From contig CAVNZM010000003.1 of the NCBI GenBank assembly GCA_963693365.1, positions 13,235,252 through 13,299,251 of the forward strand: a DNA stretch of 64,000 bases. The letters are read 5' to 3'. Shown in pieces: positions 37,237-50,758 of the stretch (position 1 is the stretch's first letter; each line of letters opens with the position of its first letter). Position numbers and translations under genes: made by a program. The DNA is from Amoebidium appalachense (Eukaryota; Protista; Ichthyosporea). The notes under the pieces were generated by a model. That model saw only the letters and a list, made by a program, of their open reading frames with translations. It did no database searches and was not told where the DNA came from.

Positions 37237-38469
37237 ATGATGGTGAACGCTAAGGCTCCCGAGCTCCCGGCCGTCGGCAGTCTCTCTGCCGCTGATGCCC
37301 CCTACCGCCGCCAGTCCAGCGTTAGCGAGATGCTGATCCAGCGGGTGCTCATCAGTGACCCCATTGACCCCGTGTGTGTCAAGATGTTGCTCGATGCAGG
37401 CATCCAGGTGGACTGCCGCGACAAAGTGCCCAAGGATGAGCTCATCAAGATCATTCCTGTACGTGTCCTCCCCCTCCCCCCCTCCCCCGGGCACCCCGAC
37501 CTCTTCTTATGTCAACAGATTTTATTCCCGTTTCGTTATCTCTAGCACCCACACGTGTACACCTGCACACGGGCAATCGTGAGATCCCCCTCCCTCCCCC
37601 CCCTCCCCCCCCCCCCCCCCCTTTTTTTCTTTTTTTTCTTTTTCCCTTCCCCTCTTCAAATCATGTCACATGCCACACCCAAATCAATCAATAAAACCAT
37701 CCCCCCCACATCAGCCAGCCAATCCACCGCACACCCCTCAACCTGACACACACACACGCACACACATTATCCCCCAAAACAACACAGGGATAATATCGGT
37801 AACTAACACCCCCCCCCCCCCCCCCCCCCCTCTCCCCACCTCCCAGCCTCCCAGCCTCCCCCCCTCTTCCCATTTCCCACCCCTCCTCCCCACCTCTCAC
37901 CCTTCCCCCCCCCCCCCCCCCCCCCACCTCTTCCACCCCTTCCTCTCTTCCACCCACAGAACTACGATGCCCTTATTGTCCGTTCAGGCACGACTGTGAC
38001 AGCTGACATCATTGCAGCCTCCAAGCTCACGATCATTGGTCGGGCAGGCACCGGTGTCGACAATATTGATGTCGAGGCTGCAACCCGCCACGGTGTCATT
38101 GTGCTCAAGTATGTTTGCCTCCCCCCCTCCCCCCTCCCCCCCCCCCCCCCCCCCCCCCCAGGAAAAACAAAACAAAACACCTACCGTCCCCATTTCTCTT
38201 TCCCCCCCCCTCCCCCCTCCCTCCCTTCCCTTCCCGTATCCTACCCCTTTCCTCATCTCCTCTCTTCTTCCTTCCGCCCGAATTGTGCTCAAGTATGTTT
38301 TTGCCCCCCTTCCCCCCCCCCCCCCCCTCCCTCTCCCCCGCCGCCGGCCCAGCCAAACGCCTTTCCCCCTTCCCCCTTCCCCCTTCCCCCGCCGGTTCTT
38401 TCGGCTTGTGTAGTGTGTGCTGTGGCCAATTGTTTTCGCTTGCCCTCCCCCCCCCCCCCCCCCCCCCAC

Positions 38470-38514
<45 letters not shown>

Positions 38515-38934
38515 CAATATCTCCACACCTCCATGCATGTGCTTTCCGGCCCACCTTGCCTTCTTTTTCTCCTTTGCCTTGGCACATAATACCCCCCCCC
38601 CCCCCCCCCCCCCCCACCACCGCCTACACCACAGCCAGCCCCTACCCCAACCCCAACCCCCCCACCATTCCCCCCTGCTATCTTTTATTTTCTCTCTCTT
38701 CCCCAATCTCTTCCTCTGCGATGCTCCTTTTTCTCCATCTGCTTTTCTGTCACAATCTGGAACCTTCTGTTCAAGTACCAATGAGATTTTGCTCCCTATG
38801 TTACACATGAAATCTTCTTTTAATAGTACCCCCCCTCCTCCCTCCCCCCCCCTCACACACACACCACAAAGAAAGTAAACTTACAAATCTCTCTCTCTCT
38901 TTCTCCCCCCCTCCCCCCCCCGACGACACACACA

Positions 38935-38975
<41 letters not shown>

Positions 38976-40505
38976 CACCCCAGGTGGTAACACCATCTCT
39001 GCTGCCGAGCACACCTGCGCCATGCTGCAGACCCTCTGCCGGTACTCCCCCCGCCCCCCCCCCCTCCCCCCTCCCCCCGCCGCCGGTCCTCCCCGGCAAC
39101 CTCTGCATTGGATGACTTGGTTCGCCTCCTTGAGGATTTGGTACCTCCACATATGCCTGGGGGCACATACCGATGAGCAGAGACGTTTCATGGGAGCTTA
39201 GTTTTCGTAACCATGGTGTGCTTAGTGGTGTGGTGGTTTGTGAGGAGGTGTAGGGGGGGTTACATGGGGACGGAGTTGGATGCAGGTTTTTCTACGTACT
39301 ATTTTCACGGCTTCTACCAACTGCTTGCACCTGCCTTGTTCCACCACTTGCACACCTCTTACCCCGTCATCTGCACTTTAATTTAACAAGCTACTGCTTA
39401 CACATCACACACCCACTTCTTGCACACCACTTACCCACTGTTTGCACATCACACACCCACCTCTTGCACACATCTCACCCACTGTGTGCACGCAGCAACA
39501 TCCCTCAGACATACAGCTCTCTGATGGCCGGCAAGTGGGACCGTAAGGGAGGTATGGGCGTTGAGCTCAACTGCAAGACACTCGGCATTGTCGGTCTGGG
39601 CAGGATTGGTCGTGAGGTGGCAAAGAGGTTCCAGGCTTTCGGTGTCAAGGTGTGTGTGTGGGGGGAGGGGGGGGGGAAGGGGGAGGGTGGAGGGTGTGAG
39701 TGTGTGTGGGGGAGGGGGGGAAGGGGGAGGAGGGTGTTTGGGTGGGTGTGGGGGGGGGGAGGGGGGGGTGATGAGGGGATGTGTACGTGGTGTGTGTGTT
39801 GGTGTGTTCTGGGGGGGGGGGGGGGGGGTTTGGTGTGTTCTGGGGGGGGGGGTTGGTGTGTTCTGGGGGGGGGGGGGGTTGGTGTGTTCTGGGGGGGGGG
39901 GGGGGGGGATGGCGAGAAGGACTTGTCTACAGGTTTCCGGGGGGCTGCAGGTATTAGAATGGGTATGTATTGGGGCGGAGCTCAGGGGGAAGTGTGTGGG
40001 GGGGGTGGGGGGAGGGTAGAGGGGAAGGATGCGGAGGCTTTGGTTGTGAACTGTGTAAGGGCAGATCCGTTGTTCAACCCCCCCCCCCCCCCCAAAAAAA
40101 AAAAAATACACACGCACACCACACACTCTTACACACCCCACACACTCACACACAACCACCACAACCGCACGTACTAATTAGCCAAAGCGAGCACGGGTTG
40201 TGAGGAGAGTGCTTCCCTTGGGGAGAGGGGGGGGGGGGGGGGGGGGACAGTAAGGTTTAGAGATATTAGTTTGTTCAAGTGCCCGAGTTTATGTATTTGT
40301 GACTGCCTTTACTTACACATCCCTCCTTGCGCCACCTTCCCCTGCTTCTCTCCCCACACAAATACACACGTACACACACACGTACATACACACACGCGTA
40401 CACAGACCATCGGCTACGACCCCATCCTCCCCAAGGAGGTAGCTCTCAAATTTGGTGTTGAGGCCATGGAGCTCGACCAGATGTGGCCCCAGTACGTTGC
40501 CTCCC

Positions 40506-40542
<37 letters not shown>

Positions 40543-41751
40543 CCAAAAAAAATAAGTAAATAAATAAATGAAAATGCAAACACAAACACACAAAAAAGGC
40601 GGAAAAACGAAAACCGTGCTCACGTATACAGACCCCCCTCCCCCCCCCAAACCGGTGACATTCATTCATATGCATGCATACACACTTGCTTGAACACACA
40701 TCAAGTTGAAAAAGGACACCCATACGCACACGTATCTGCACTTACTTGCACATACACAAACACACACATCTACCCCCGTACATGCACGTTGCAAAGGTGC
40801 ACACCTATACGTACACGTACACGCGCACTTACACGTACAGGTGCACACACGTACACGTACACGTACAGGTGCACGTGTACCCAGACAACCTATACAAACA
40901 CACACACAAACTCACACACACCAACCCACACACCTCTCTTAAAACATCACATACTCACTTTACGCACTCTTATACAGGTGCGACTTCATTTCCCTTCACA
41001 CCCCTCTAACTGAGCAGACACGTGATCTTCTCAACGACCAAACCATTGCAAAGTGCAAGAAGGGATTCCGCATTGTCAACTGTGCACGTGGTGGTATCAT
41101 CAATGAGGAGGCATTGCTCAGGTGTGTGTGTACGTGTTTGTGTACGCGTGGTACATGCTGAATGTGTGTGTACGTCTGGGTGTGTGGGTGTGGGTGTTCA
41201 GGCATGTGTGGGTGGGTGGGTGTGCATGGACGTGTGTTTGTGGGTGGCTCTGTGTGGGTGTGTACTCAGTCCCCCCTCCCCCCCCCCCCCCCCCCAAAAA
41301 AAAAAAAAAAAAAAAAAAAAGGAATAAAGAATCCCGTACATGCCTTTTTCTTGCCATTTTCCCTAACTCATCGTCTCCTCACAAATGCACTTGTTCTCTC
41401 TTCAACCCCCCTTCCCTTTCTCCTCTCTGTCCCCCCCCCCCCCCCCCCCCCCCCCCCCTTCCCTTTCTCCTCTCTTCCCCCCCCCCCCCCCCCCCCCCCG
41501 CCCCCAAAAAGAGAGAGAGAGAGAGAGATCATAATAATCATAATGGCGTATAACCTTAGCTCCTCCCAACAGGGCGCTTGAGAGTGGCCAGTGTGGCGGT
41601 GCCGCCCTTGATGTGTTCGAGGAGGAGCCCCCCACCAACCCCATCACCCTCAAACTGATCCAGCACAAGAACTGCATAGCTACCCCCCATCTGGGTGCTA
41701 GCACAGTCGAGGCTCAGGTGTGAAAATGTTTTGTTTACCCCCCTTCCCCCC

Positions 41752-41782
<31 letters not shown>

Positions 41783-44344
41783 ACACACCACCACCACCAC
41801 CACCACCCTTACTGCCCACATACACACACCGCCTTTTTTTTCTCTGATCGTTATCTTCTCCCCCTTTTTCCTGGTCATTTTTGCACGATTGTGGGGTTTT
41901 GCTTGGGTTATCTATTTCCCCCCCCCCTTCCACTCCGACACTCACACACACACACACACACACACACACGGGCGGAATACTCCACGACTGCTGACGTGAT
42001 GCATATCTATCCACCAGTGCAACTCTACCGACTGTGTGTGTGTGTTATCTTGTGTTGTCGATTTGGGTCATACAACCTTGTATAGTCGTCTAGGTTTTCT
42101 AGCAACCGATCTTACTCTAGCGGAATCATTCACACCTCCATTAAACAACCATCAATAAACCCATTAAACCCGCCTATTTTATAAAACTTCAGAAACAGAG
42201 GTAGCCATCGAGATTGCCAACAGCATCATTAACCTCTTCGGGACGGCACTATGGGGTGGTAAGAGCAAGAATAGTGTTTTGACGCCATGGGGCTGTGAGC
42301 CACATGGTGAAATCCGCCTCGATTTGATTGGTTCGACGTGCCAGTCAGCCAAATCCGATGTGACGCATGCCGCGCTCCAGATCATGATATTTGGCAAGCA
42401 CTTTTGAAAAGAATAGGTGCATGGATGTTGAAACGTCAACACTGTGAAAAACATTCGCTTTCCCAGCATGCATATGTCAACCGTCAATTTCTTGATCATA
42501 CTTGTTTGTTTTTGTGCGTTAAAAGTGCCACACGTCGGCCACTGCATGCTGTTTCTACGGCGCTCACAAAAGCAACAGCCGTTCTTATTGGCTCATACAG
42601 CATCACGGCTAGTATGGCCGACCAATGAAATCGAGGTACATTTTCGACATGTGGCTCACAGCCAACACTATTCTTGCTCTTAACACCCCATAATTGATTT
42701 CGCCGGCAGCCGACCAGCTCTAAACAGCTCACATTATTTTTAAATATCGACAGGTACATGTCTTACCCCACATACGTTTCTAAGTTGGTTTGGGGAAATT
42801 ATCATGACTTCGTATACTTTTGTATCTTTTTCTGTGTAACAGGTTAAGGCCACATCGATCAAACAATGTCCAGGACTCTAGGATAGTTATCTAATGACAG
42901 AACAATGAATAAAACCCACTAAACCCGTCTGTTTTTTTTTAATTACAGAACAAGGTTGCCGTTGAGATTGCCGACAGCATCATTAAGGCCACACGTGGTG
43001 GTCAGTTGGTCGGCGCAGTCAATGCTCCCTCCCTCACTAACGCTTTTGCCCCCGGTATGCCCCCCCCCCCCCCCCCCCCCCCCCCCGCCCTCTTTCTCTC
43101 CTCCCCCTCTTCCTCCCTCTTCCGCCCTTCTCCCCGGTCGTCTCTCCTTTCTCCCCCCCCCCCTTCCACTCCCCCTTGCCCCCCTATTCATTCCGTGTAT
43201 TTTACTCTTTTATGACACACACACGCGTGCGCACAAAATCTCCCTCCCTCTCTCCCCCCCTCCCCCGTGGCATTTAAGTTGCTTACTCCGAGCATATTCT
43301 TGTGCATACCGTGTGTCCCCCCTCCCTGAGGATGGGCTCTGCTTATGACGCATACTGTGCACATTTTTTGGCTGATGTTGCATACTTGAATGTTTGCCTT
43401 TGCATGTGTCCTGCACCATGCTTCTCGTCGTGTATGCGTACTTCGTATTGTGTTCCGCATTCAAACCCCCCCGCCCGCCCGCGCGCCCCAAACACACCCA
43501 CACACAAACACACACACAAACCCACAAACAAACCCACACCCACACGCACGCCCACCAAAGAACAACAAAACAATAACAACGGGACCATTCAGAAAAGAAT
43601 AAAATAGAAAAGTCTGTTACGGGTGAGGGTCGGAGCTACATTTTTTCATGTTTTCTCATTCTTTTTCTGTACACAGAGCTTCAACCGTGGGTTGTGCTTG
43701 CCACCAAAATGGGTGCCCTAGTGTCCCAGATTCTTGGCGGTGCTGCCTTCGACGGGCAGGCTGCTGAGTCCATCTCCAATATCTCTGTTATTGCACGAGG
43801 TATGTGTATCCCTCCTTTTTTTTTTTTTTTTATGCTCTTTTTTTTTTATGGATATGTTTTAGATAAGGTAAAGCTCGCTTTTCCTTCACGATTTCTCTGG
43901 TGAAGGTTATATGCCATGTCTTCTTCTTCCAAGGCACAACCCGTAGGCGGGTCTTTATACGGGCTTTGTGCCTCATCCCTGCCGCCACAATTTCAAAACT
44001 ACAATTGTCGCCCAAACATATGCAGAACAGACCCTGTTTTCGGTTTCCATTTCTCCTTTCCCCGGCTTTTTTTCAGATCTTTTTTTCAAAGTTGATCAAT
44101 TCTGTCATCTCCGTTTCCAGCCAACTTACCTACTTTCCGTAATAGGCAACTGACCAAGTATCCTCCACATTAGCCTATTAGACCAACAAACACATTCCAT
44201 AAATTGCAATCTAACCAAACACCTTCCATAATAGGCAATCTGATCAAGGGTGCCTCTTCCACCCTCTCTTCTGCCGTGCTCTGTGGTCTTCTCTCCCACC
44301 TCCGTGACACCCCCGTCAACCTGGTCAACGCTGTATGTAGCGCC

Positions 44345-44375
<31 letters not shown>

Positions 44376-44469
44376 AAAAAAAAAAAAAAACCTACAACAA
44401 CAGCAACAAAAAAAAAAAAAGACGAGAGAGAAAGGAGGCCTGTTCAACTGTCTTTAGCCTACAGGTGTG

Positions 44470-44524
<55 letters not shown>

Positions 44525-44683
44525 AATACACTCGCACTTTGACATTTTCTCCCAATATAAGTTGAGATACACCCCGTTGAGCTAGTCTTGGAGGTATTCT
44601 CAAACTAGGCAGGGCATGTGACAATACATGCTCCACGAAGAGGGGGAGAGGGGGAGAGGGGATACTAATTGCTGACCTTGTTT

Positions 44684-44735
<52 letters not shown>

Positions 44736-44899
44736 AAACACACACACACATACACATACACATACACAAACACATACACTTTATATTTCAGACACACTTT
44801 GCCGAGGAGGCCGGTATCCGTGTGAGTGAGGATAGCTCAGAGGCCGACGATCAGGCATACCAGAACGTCATTGCCATCAGAATCGACGGGTATGGATTC

Positions 44900-44939
<40 letters not shown>

Positions 44940-45387
44940 TTCCTTGAGCCCACCACCTTGGCCCCCCCCCCCCCCCCCCCCCCCCCTCCTTTTCCCTCCC
45001 TCGCTCACCGCACCACCACACTGAACAAACACCATCATAGACCCCCCTTCCCTCCGGGAGCACACTATCGTGGATCCCCCTCCCTTCCCCCTTCCTCCCT
45101 CCCCCCTCCCCCCAACCCACACCCTCCGTCACCCCATGCACACATACACAACCATCACCGTCACCCCACACTGAATACACACGTGTGTATCATGCTGACC
45201 GTCTATCTACTACAACAAGATATCTCTCCCGTAGCCTATCTGCACCAGCTAAAAATAGCATATTACACCCACACATATCTCGCTGACTGTCTATCTACCC
45301 CATCAGTGCTGCTGGCAAGACCCACTGGTACGAGGGCACCGTCGTGGGCAAGGACTCCCCCCGCCTTGTGATGGTAAATCCCCCCTC

Positions 45388-45430
<43 letters not shown>

Positions 45431-45445
45431 ACACACACACACACT

Positions 45446-45476
<31 letters not shown>

Positions 45477-46028
45477 GTTCAGTGCACAACAAAAACTATT
45501 GACTTTCCCCTTGCCACCCCCTCCTACATGTTTGAACTTCTTTATCCGCTAATCCGCTCTTCACAGAGTGTACCACTTCCTCTTTCCCCCCCCCCCTCCC
45601 CCCCCCCCCCCAAAAAAAAAAAAAAAAAAAAACCTCCGGCGTTCCTTTTTATCTCCCTTCTGTTATTTCTCTTTCCATCTCCTTCCTCTTCTCCCCCCTC
45701 CCTGTTCCCCATGTATTGAACCCAACCCCCCCATCCCCCAACCTCCTACCGCTCAGAACATCTCTTCCTATCCCCGTTCCCTTTTTCCTCATTTTCTTTC
45801 CCTCTTTCCTTCCACTCATCCTTGCCCTTTTTTTTCTCACCAACCAGGTTGACAGCTACCGCCTTGAAGCCCGTCCCGACGGTCACATGCTTCTGTATTC
45901 CAACGACGATAAACCCGGTATTCTTGGCCGTATTTCCACCCTGCTGGGCAGTGCATCCATCAATATCGGTGATTTCAACATGGGCAGAGACCCCGTGGAG
46001 GGCCGCGCTCTCAGGTTATACCCTACTC

Positions 46029-46076
<48 letters not shown>

Positions 46077-46330
46077 CCTTCTCCTGCTGCTGTGCTGATG
46101 ATAGGTTTTGTAAGATTTGCATGCTGGCTGAGACCCCGACGCACGATTCTTATTGGAGATTCAGGCACACACACACACACACGGGCATACTGCACACTCA
46201 GGTGGCGCGCCCGCACACGCGCACACACACACACACACACACATGGGTAATACCTAACTATGTAATACAATGCTTCGAAACATACGTTCTCCTCCCCCCC
46301 CCCCACCCACCCACCCACCCACCACCACCA

Positions 46331-46374
<44 letters not shown>

Positions 46375-46534
46375 CATCTTTCCTTCTATTCCAGCACATG
46401 TGCGGCATGCAGCACGTGACTAACACGTGCATTCCCGCAGCATCCTGCACGTGGACCAGAAGATCGAAAAGAACATTCTGGAAGAGATCCGCCGCATTCC
46501 CGGCATGCGCTTTGCCCGCATCGTCCAGCTCTAA
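37237..46534 (+). CDS. PHGDH: D-3-phosphoglycerate dehydrogenase, type I with ASB and ACT domains (~572 aa, 14 coding exons)
   Basis: Exons 37237-37458, 37960-38108, 38976-39041, 39496-39649, 40406-40491, 40978-41121, 41573-41717, 42949-43054, 43677-43799, 44235-44332, 44792-44889, 45307-45373, 45848-46014 and 46441-46534 join in frame. Motifs [47 protein letters not shown]. Confidence 0.97.
42252..42690. mobile_element. MITE-like element with long TIRs and TA flanks in PHGDH intron 7
   Basis: TGGGGTGGTAAGAGCAAGAATAGTGTT...GGCTGTGAGCCACATG...CCTCGATTTGATTGGT is mirrored by ACCAATGAAATCGAGG...CATGTGGCTCACAGCCAACACTATTCTTGCTCTTAACACCCCA; TA on both sides. Confidence 0.85.
43326..43465 (+). mobile_element. 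Intronic SINE-like element, subfamily A2
   Basis: Near-identical to 12391-12525. Confidence 0.78.
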
Positions 46535-47766
46535 ATGCGCAAATTTTGATTGGCTAATATAGCCACTATAATAGTTGTGTGCATGTGTAAATACTTGATT
46601 TGTAGTTCCCCTTTATATATGCTGGTTTTAATCGTGATCGGTTGTGATCTAATCGGAATAGAAGAGCCACGTGCACATGATTTGAAGCCACTGTGAAGGC
46701 ATAGTGGTGCAGGATGATTGTGCCATCGAGAGCATTTTTGAATTGTTTCTTGTTTTGTTTTATTTTTTGTATGAGTGTTTTGGTTCTTTTTCTTTTCTGA
46801 TCAGTGTCGGTTCGTTTAGAATTATTAACCTGTCACCAGTGCATGTATGGCAACATGAGTGCACATTGCTCATGTATTGCTAGGTGTAACGTGATATGTA
46901 CACGTGTTCGTAATTGTGCATGACGTTGTGTGCGTCTGGAAATGTTCAACTTGGCGGCAGGTTCACATAAACAGGTGTTTGTGTGAACAAGCGCGCAGCC
47001 TACACGTTTTCCCAATGATGTAGATGAACAGAGTGCTCTGTTTCTCTTGTTGATTGTGCTACCGCATGATAATTATGTGCTGGTGAGATCAATAAAGGTC
47101 GAAAGTACGAGGCCGCGCGCATGTGCACACACCTGTATTACAACCCTTCCTCCCCCTCCCCCCCCCCAACACACACACACCCTTCTCCTCCTCCCACCCG
47201 CGATTCGAGTACGTACATATGCAGGGCCGTTTTGGGCTGCAGCTAGGGGTCCAGTTTCCGACCAGGAAAAGGCCTACATAGTCATTTCCGGTGCGTCAGT
47301 ATGTGCAAAAGAAAATGCGGTGTGTGTGTGTGCACGTGTGGGTTTGGGTGCCATGGGGGGTTGGGCGGGTGGGTGGTTGCACGGCGGGGGGGGGGGGGGG
47401 GGGGGATGGCGATTGGTCAGTTCTTCCCGCCAAAATCAACAGATTACGTCACTCATGGCCGGCGCCCATACAAATGCACAAGTCACAGTTATTTTTTTGC
47501 GTACGTGCCTTATTTTTTTTTTAAAAAAAAATAATAATAAAAACCGACTTTACACCTCTCCATCTGCAACGAGCTATACTTGGTAATATCATAGCGCTGA
47601 CATAGCATATACACGAACTTCATCAGTGGCAAAAAATATCAGGTAGTAAGTCTAGTTATGGTTTTCTTCTTTGTCTTTCCATTTTCCTGTTCCCTCTGCT
47701 TCCACCCCGGCGAGTGCACAACACACACTTAGTTCGTTACCATCTTCCTCCGCACACTTCAACAAC

Positions 47767-49518
47767 ATGGCAGCTGCCGGCCTTCCCCCCTTCGCATTCC
47801 TCCCGCCAGGCCCAAACAACCCCTTCCCGTTTTCGGATGACGATGATGATTCTGATGACGATAGTATGGATGGTTGGAACGATGACCGCTCCTTGGGACA
47901 ATTGTGGAAGAGACTTCACACAGTTGTGTGGCCAGACACGACAGTGGGATTTTGCCTGGCACCCAATGAGTACGATATGAACGAATGTCTTGACATGGTA
48001 GCAGACCCAGGAAAAGCGCGCATCAAGAAATTGGACCCGAAAGAGTTGGAAAAGGGTGAATGCAGAGGCACGATCTACGTCGAGTTCAGTTCATCCGTTC
48101 CCCTGGTCAAGTGGAAGAACAAGGTAAAGGAGTTTTTTGCCAACACCAAACAGGAGCCTACGAAAGGCGGTGAAGCGTTGCGCGGTTGGATCAACAACAG
48201 CCAGTTTGCCGATGTTTCTTTCGTCATGTTCTCTACGGGTGAGAAAATATACGGGCACAAGGTCATTCTCGCCGCCCGCTCGGAGAAATTCGCAGCCATG
48301 TTCCGTTTTCACGACCTTGCCACACCGGGGCAGGTCCCTTCCCTTCGCATCGATTGCGACGAGTCGGTCGTGTTTCTTGCTCTTCTCGAGTTCCTTTATA
48401 CGGAGACCATTTCCGACGACACAAATCGTGCGCTGTTGAAACTACCAAGCAAACATGGGTACCAGCAACTGCTCGTTTTGGCCGATGAATACGGGTGCCC
48501 AGACCTCGTGTCGCTGTGTGAGGGACCGGTGGTGAAGGAATTAAGCGTGGAGGATCTCGGGGAAAATCCTCGTGGCATGTATGGAAACGACAATGAAGAA
48601 ATCAATCAGGCGAGGGATCGAATGATGATTAAAAACATGGTGCAAGCAATCAACCTACTCATTTTCGCAGACAGGCACGCAGCCGCGCGTCTGCGCTCTT
48701 ACGCCATGTACATCCTTCTCATGAACACGCACTTCACCAAGCTCGTTTTGGGCGACAAAGGGACGGTAGCACGGGTGTTTGGGGCCGAGGATGGAGGGGG
48801 AAACGGTGCTGTTTTGGGGGAATTGAGGAGATTGGTTTCGTTGGTTCCGGATGATGTCAAGGCTGGGGCATGGAAAACCACACCATTCGGGCAGTGTCAT
48901 CGTATCCATCCCCCGGAGGAACTATACATCACACATCCCGAATTTTCACCCGTTTGCGTCGACGAAAACGAGGCGGAGAAAATTGCGAGAAACATCGCCA
49001 ATGGGGACAGCGCACGCAAAACGCTTCGGGCCATCCTACAGTTGGATGCGAATACGGGGTTTGGGCATTTGCAAGAAGCGAAGGAATTGGATCATAGCAT
49101 GAGAGCGGAGGTGATTCCAGAAACATGGGAGGTGCTGAAAACGACTGCACGGTACCTGGACGAGGACGATTTCGATGGGATGGAGGAAGATGAAGAGGAA
49201 AACCGGGAAGAGGATGATGAGGAAAAAAGGAGGAAGACGGAGGAGAAGGTGAAAGATGTGAAAACGAAGGTTATAGCGGCATTGGTGAGGGACATTGCGT
49301 TTACAAAGACGACAGAGGCGGAAAAAGAGATGGAAAAGATGGCGATGATGGGACATCCCCTTGCGCTGATTGCGATGCGTGCAGGGCTCACGGCGCCAAC
49401 ATCGTATCTGTCCGTATCGAGGTTGTCGGATGTGATGAGGGATGAGGAGGGGATGAATGGTGATGGAGAAAGGGAGGGGGGGGGGGCAGCAGCAGGAATG
49501 AGTACATGTGCTGATTAG
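47767..49518 (+). CDS. Intronless BTB/POZ-domain protein (~583 aa)
   Basis: Single open frame from ATG 47767; FADVSF...HKVILAARSEKFAAMF, FLALLEFLYT, LLVLADEY...LCE; BACK-like helix region; acidic tracts. Confidence 0.85.
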   Translation: MAAAGLPPFAFLPPGPNNPFPFSDDDDDSDDDSMDGWNDDRSLGQLWKRLHTVVWPDTTVGFCLAPNEYDMNECLDMVADPGKARIKKLDPKELEKGECRGTIYVEFSSSVPLVKWKNKVKEFFANTKQEPTKGGEALRGWINNSQFADVSFVMFSTGEKIYGHKVILAARSEKFAAMFRFHDLATPGQVPSLRIDCDESVVFLALLEFLYTETISDDTNRALLKLPSKHGYQQLLVLADEYGCPDLVSLCEGPVVKELSVEDLGENPRGMYGNDNEEINQARDRMMIKNMVQAINLLIFADRHAAARLRSYAMYILLMNTHFTKLVLGDKGTVARVFGAEDGGGNGAVLGELRRLVSLVPDDVKAGAWKTTPFGQCHRIHPPEELYITHPEFSPVCVDENEAEKIARNIANGDSARKTLRAILQLDANTGFGHLQEAKELDHSMRAEVIPETWEVLKTTARYLDEDDFDGMEEDEEENREEDDEEKRRKTEEKVKDVKTKVIAALVRDIAFTKTTEAEKEMEKMAMMGHPLALIAMRAGLTAPTSYLSVSRLSDVMRDEEGMNGDGEREGGGAAAGMSTCAD

Positions 49519-49538
49519 AAATGGCTTTTAGAACCCAA

Positions 49539-49569
<31 letters not shown>

Positions 49570-49697
49570 TAGACGAGGAAGGGGAGGGGGGGGGGGGGGG
49601 GGGGGGGACGAGAAAAGGGTGGTGGTGGTGGGGGGGGGGGGGGAGGGGGGGGCAGGGGCTCGGGGGGAGGGAAAGGGGGGGGGGGGGGGGGAAGGGG

Positions 49698-49728
<31 letters not shown>

Positions 49729-50721
49729 TATGGCTGGGGGATGGGTAACAGATCCAGAGAGAATATCAAAGAGGGGCATTTTGATAGAATGGAAGGACGG
49801 GGGGAGGGGGGAGGGTGCTGGGGTGCTTGAGATGTGAAATATAGGTTGAAATGCCTTTTGTACGTGTCCGTAAGGTATGTATGTTAGGATGGTTGTTTCT
49901 GTACATGTGGGTGTACACCTCAGTGATGTAGGGACTTGTTGAAAGATAGTTGTGGGGTGTATGCTAAGGGGTTGAAGTAAGTGGATGGCTAGTGAGGGGA
50001 GTGTTCTGTTCAGCTTTTGGATAGCTCTGTGAACGTCATTTTTCGGGGTGGTATTTCGGGTTTTTTCCCAGGCGAACTTGTAACTGTTGGAGTGTTGTTT
50101 GGCTGGTGGCACCAATAGATGCGCTTAACTCCATTATTTAGTGTTTAGATGTATATTACGGTGCAGTTTTTAGTGTATAGTGTCGTTTTGAATATGCTGT
50201 TTGTGGACTAGGTCCTGATGGCAACGTAATTTTCTTTTTCTTTTTTTTTCTTTCCCCCCCCCCCCCCCCAGAGTTTTTCTCGCCTGTTAAAGATATGCTC
50301 TGGCAAGGTTTTGGATAGTTCTGTAAACGTTGTGTATGAACCGTTGGTTCCGGGCAAACCTGTTTGAATATTTGGTTTGCACTTCTATATGTGGAATGGT
50401 TGGTTTTTTATCATTCAGAACCATTTTATGGGCTTTTTGGCGCGACAGTAAATGATTTTAGATGTGCTCTGTCACAAACTGTATATGACAGTAGACTGGG
50501 GTTTTATAGATACTTTTGAATTTTCGGAGTTTTTCTAAGGAGCGTAAATGCGTAGATGGAAGGTCTGTATATTTGAGGTCACGGTTTCCATACATGCAAG
50601 CCTCGGGCCAGGTCTACAACAAACAGTTAGTCGAGAGCATTCCTTGCTAGTCCTCTGTATGCGAGGCTATGCAAAATTTTCGGCTGCAAAAAGTGTACCA
50701 GGAGACCATGATGATCGTCTT

Positions 50722-50758
<37 letters not shown>

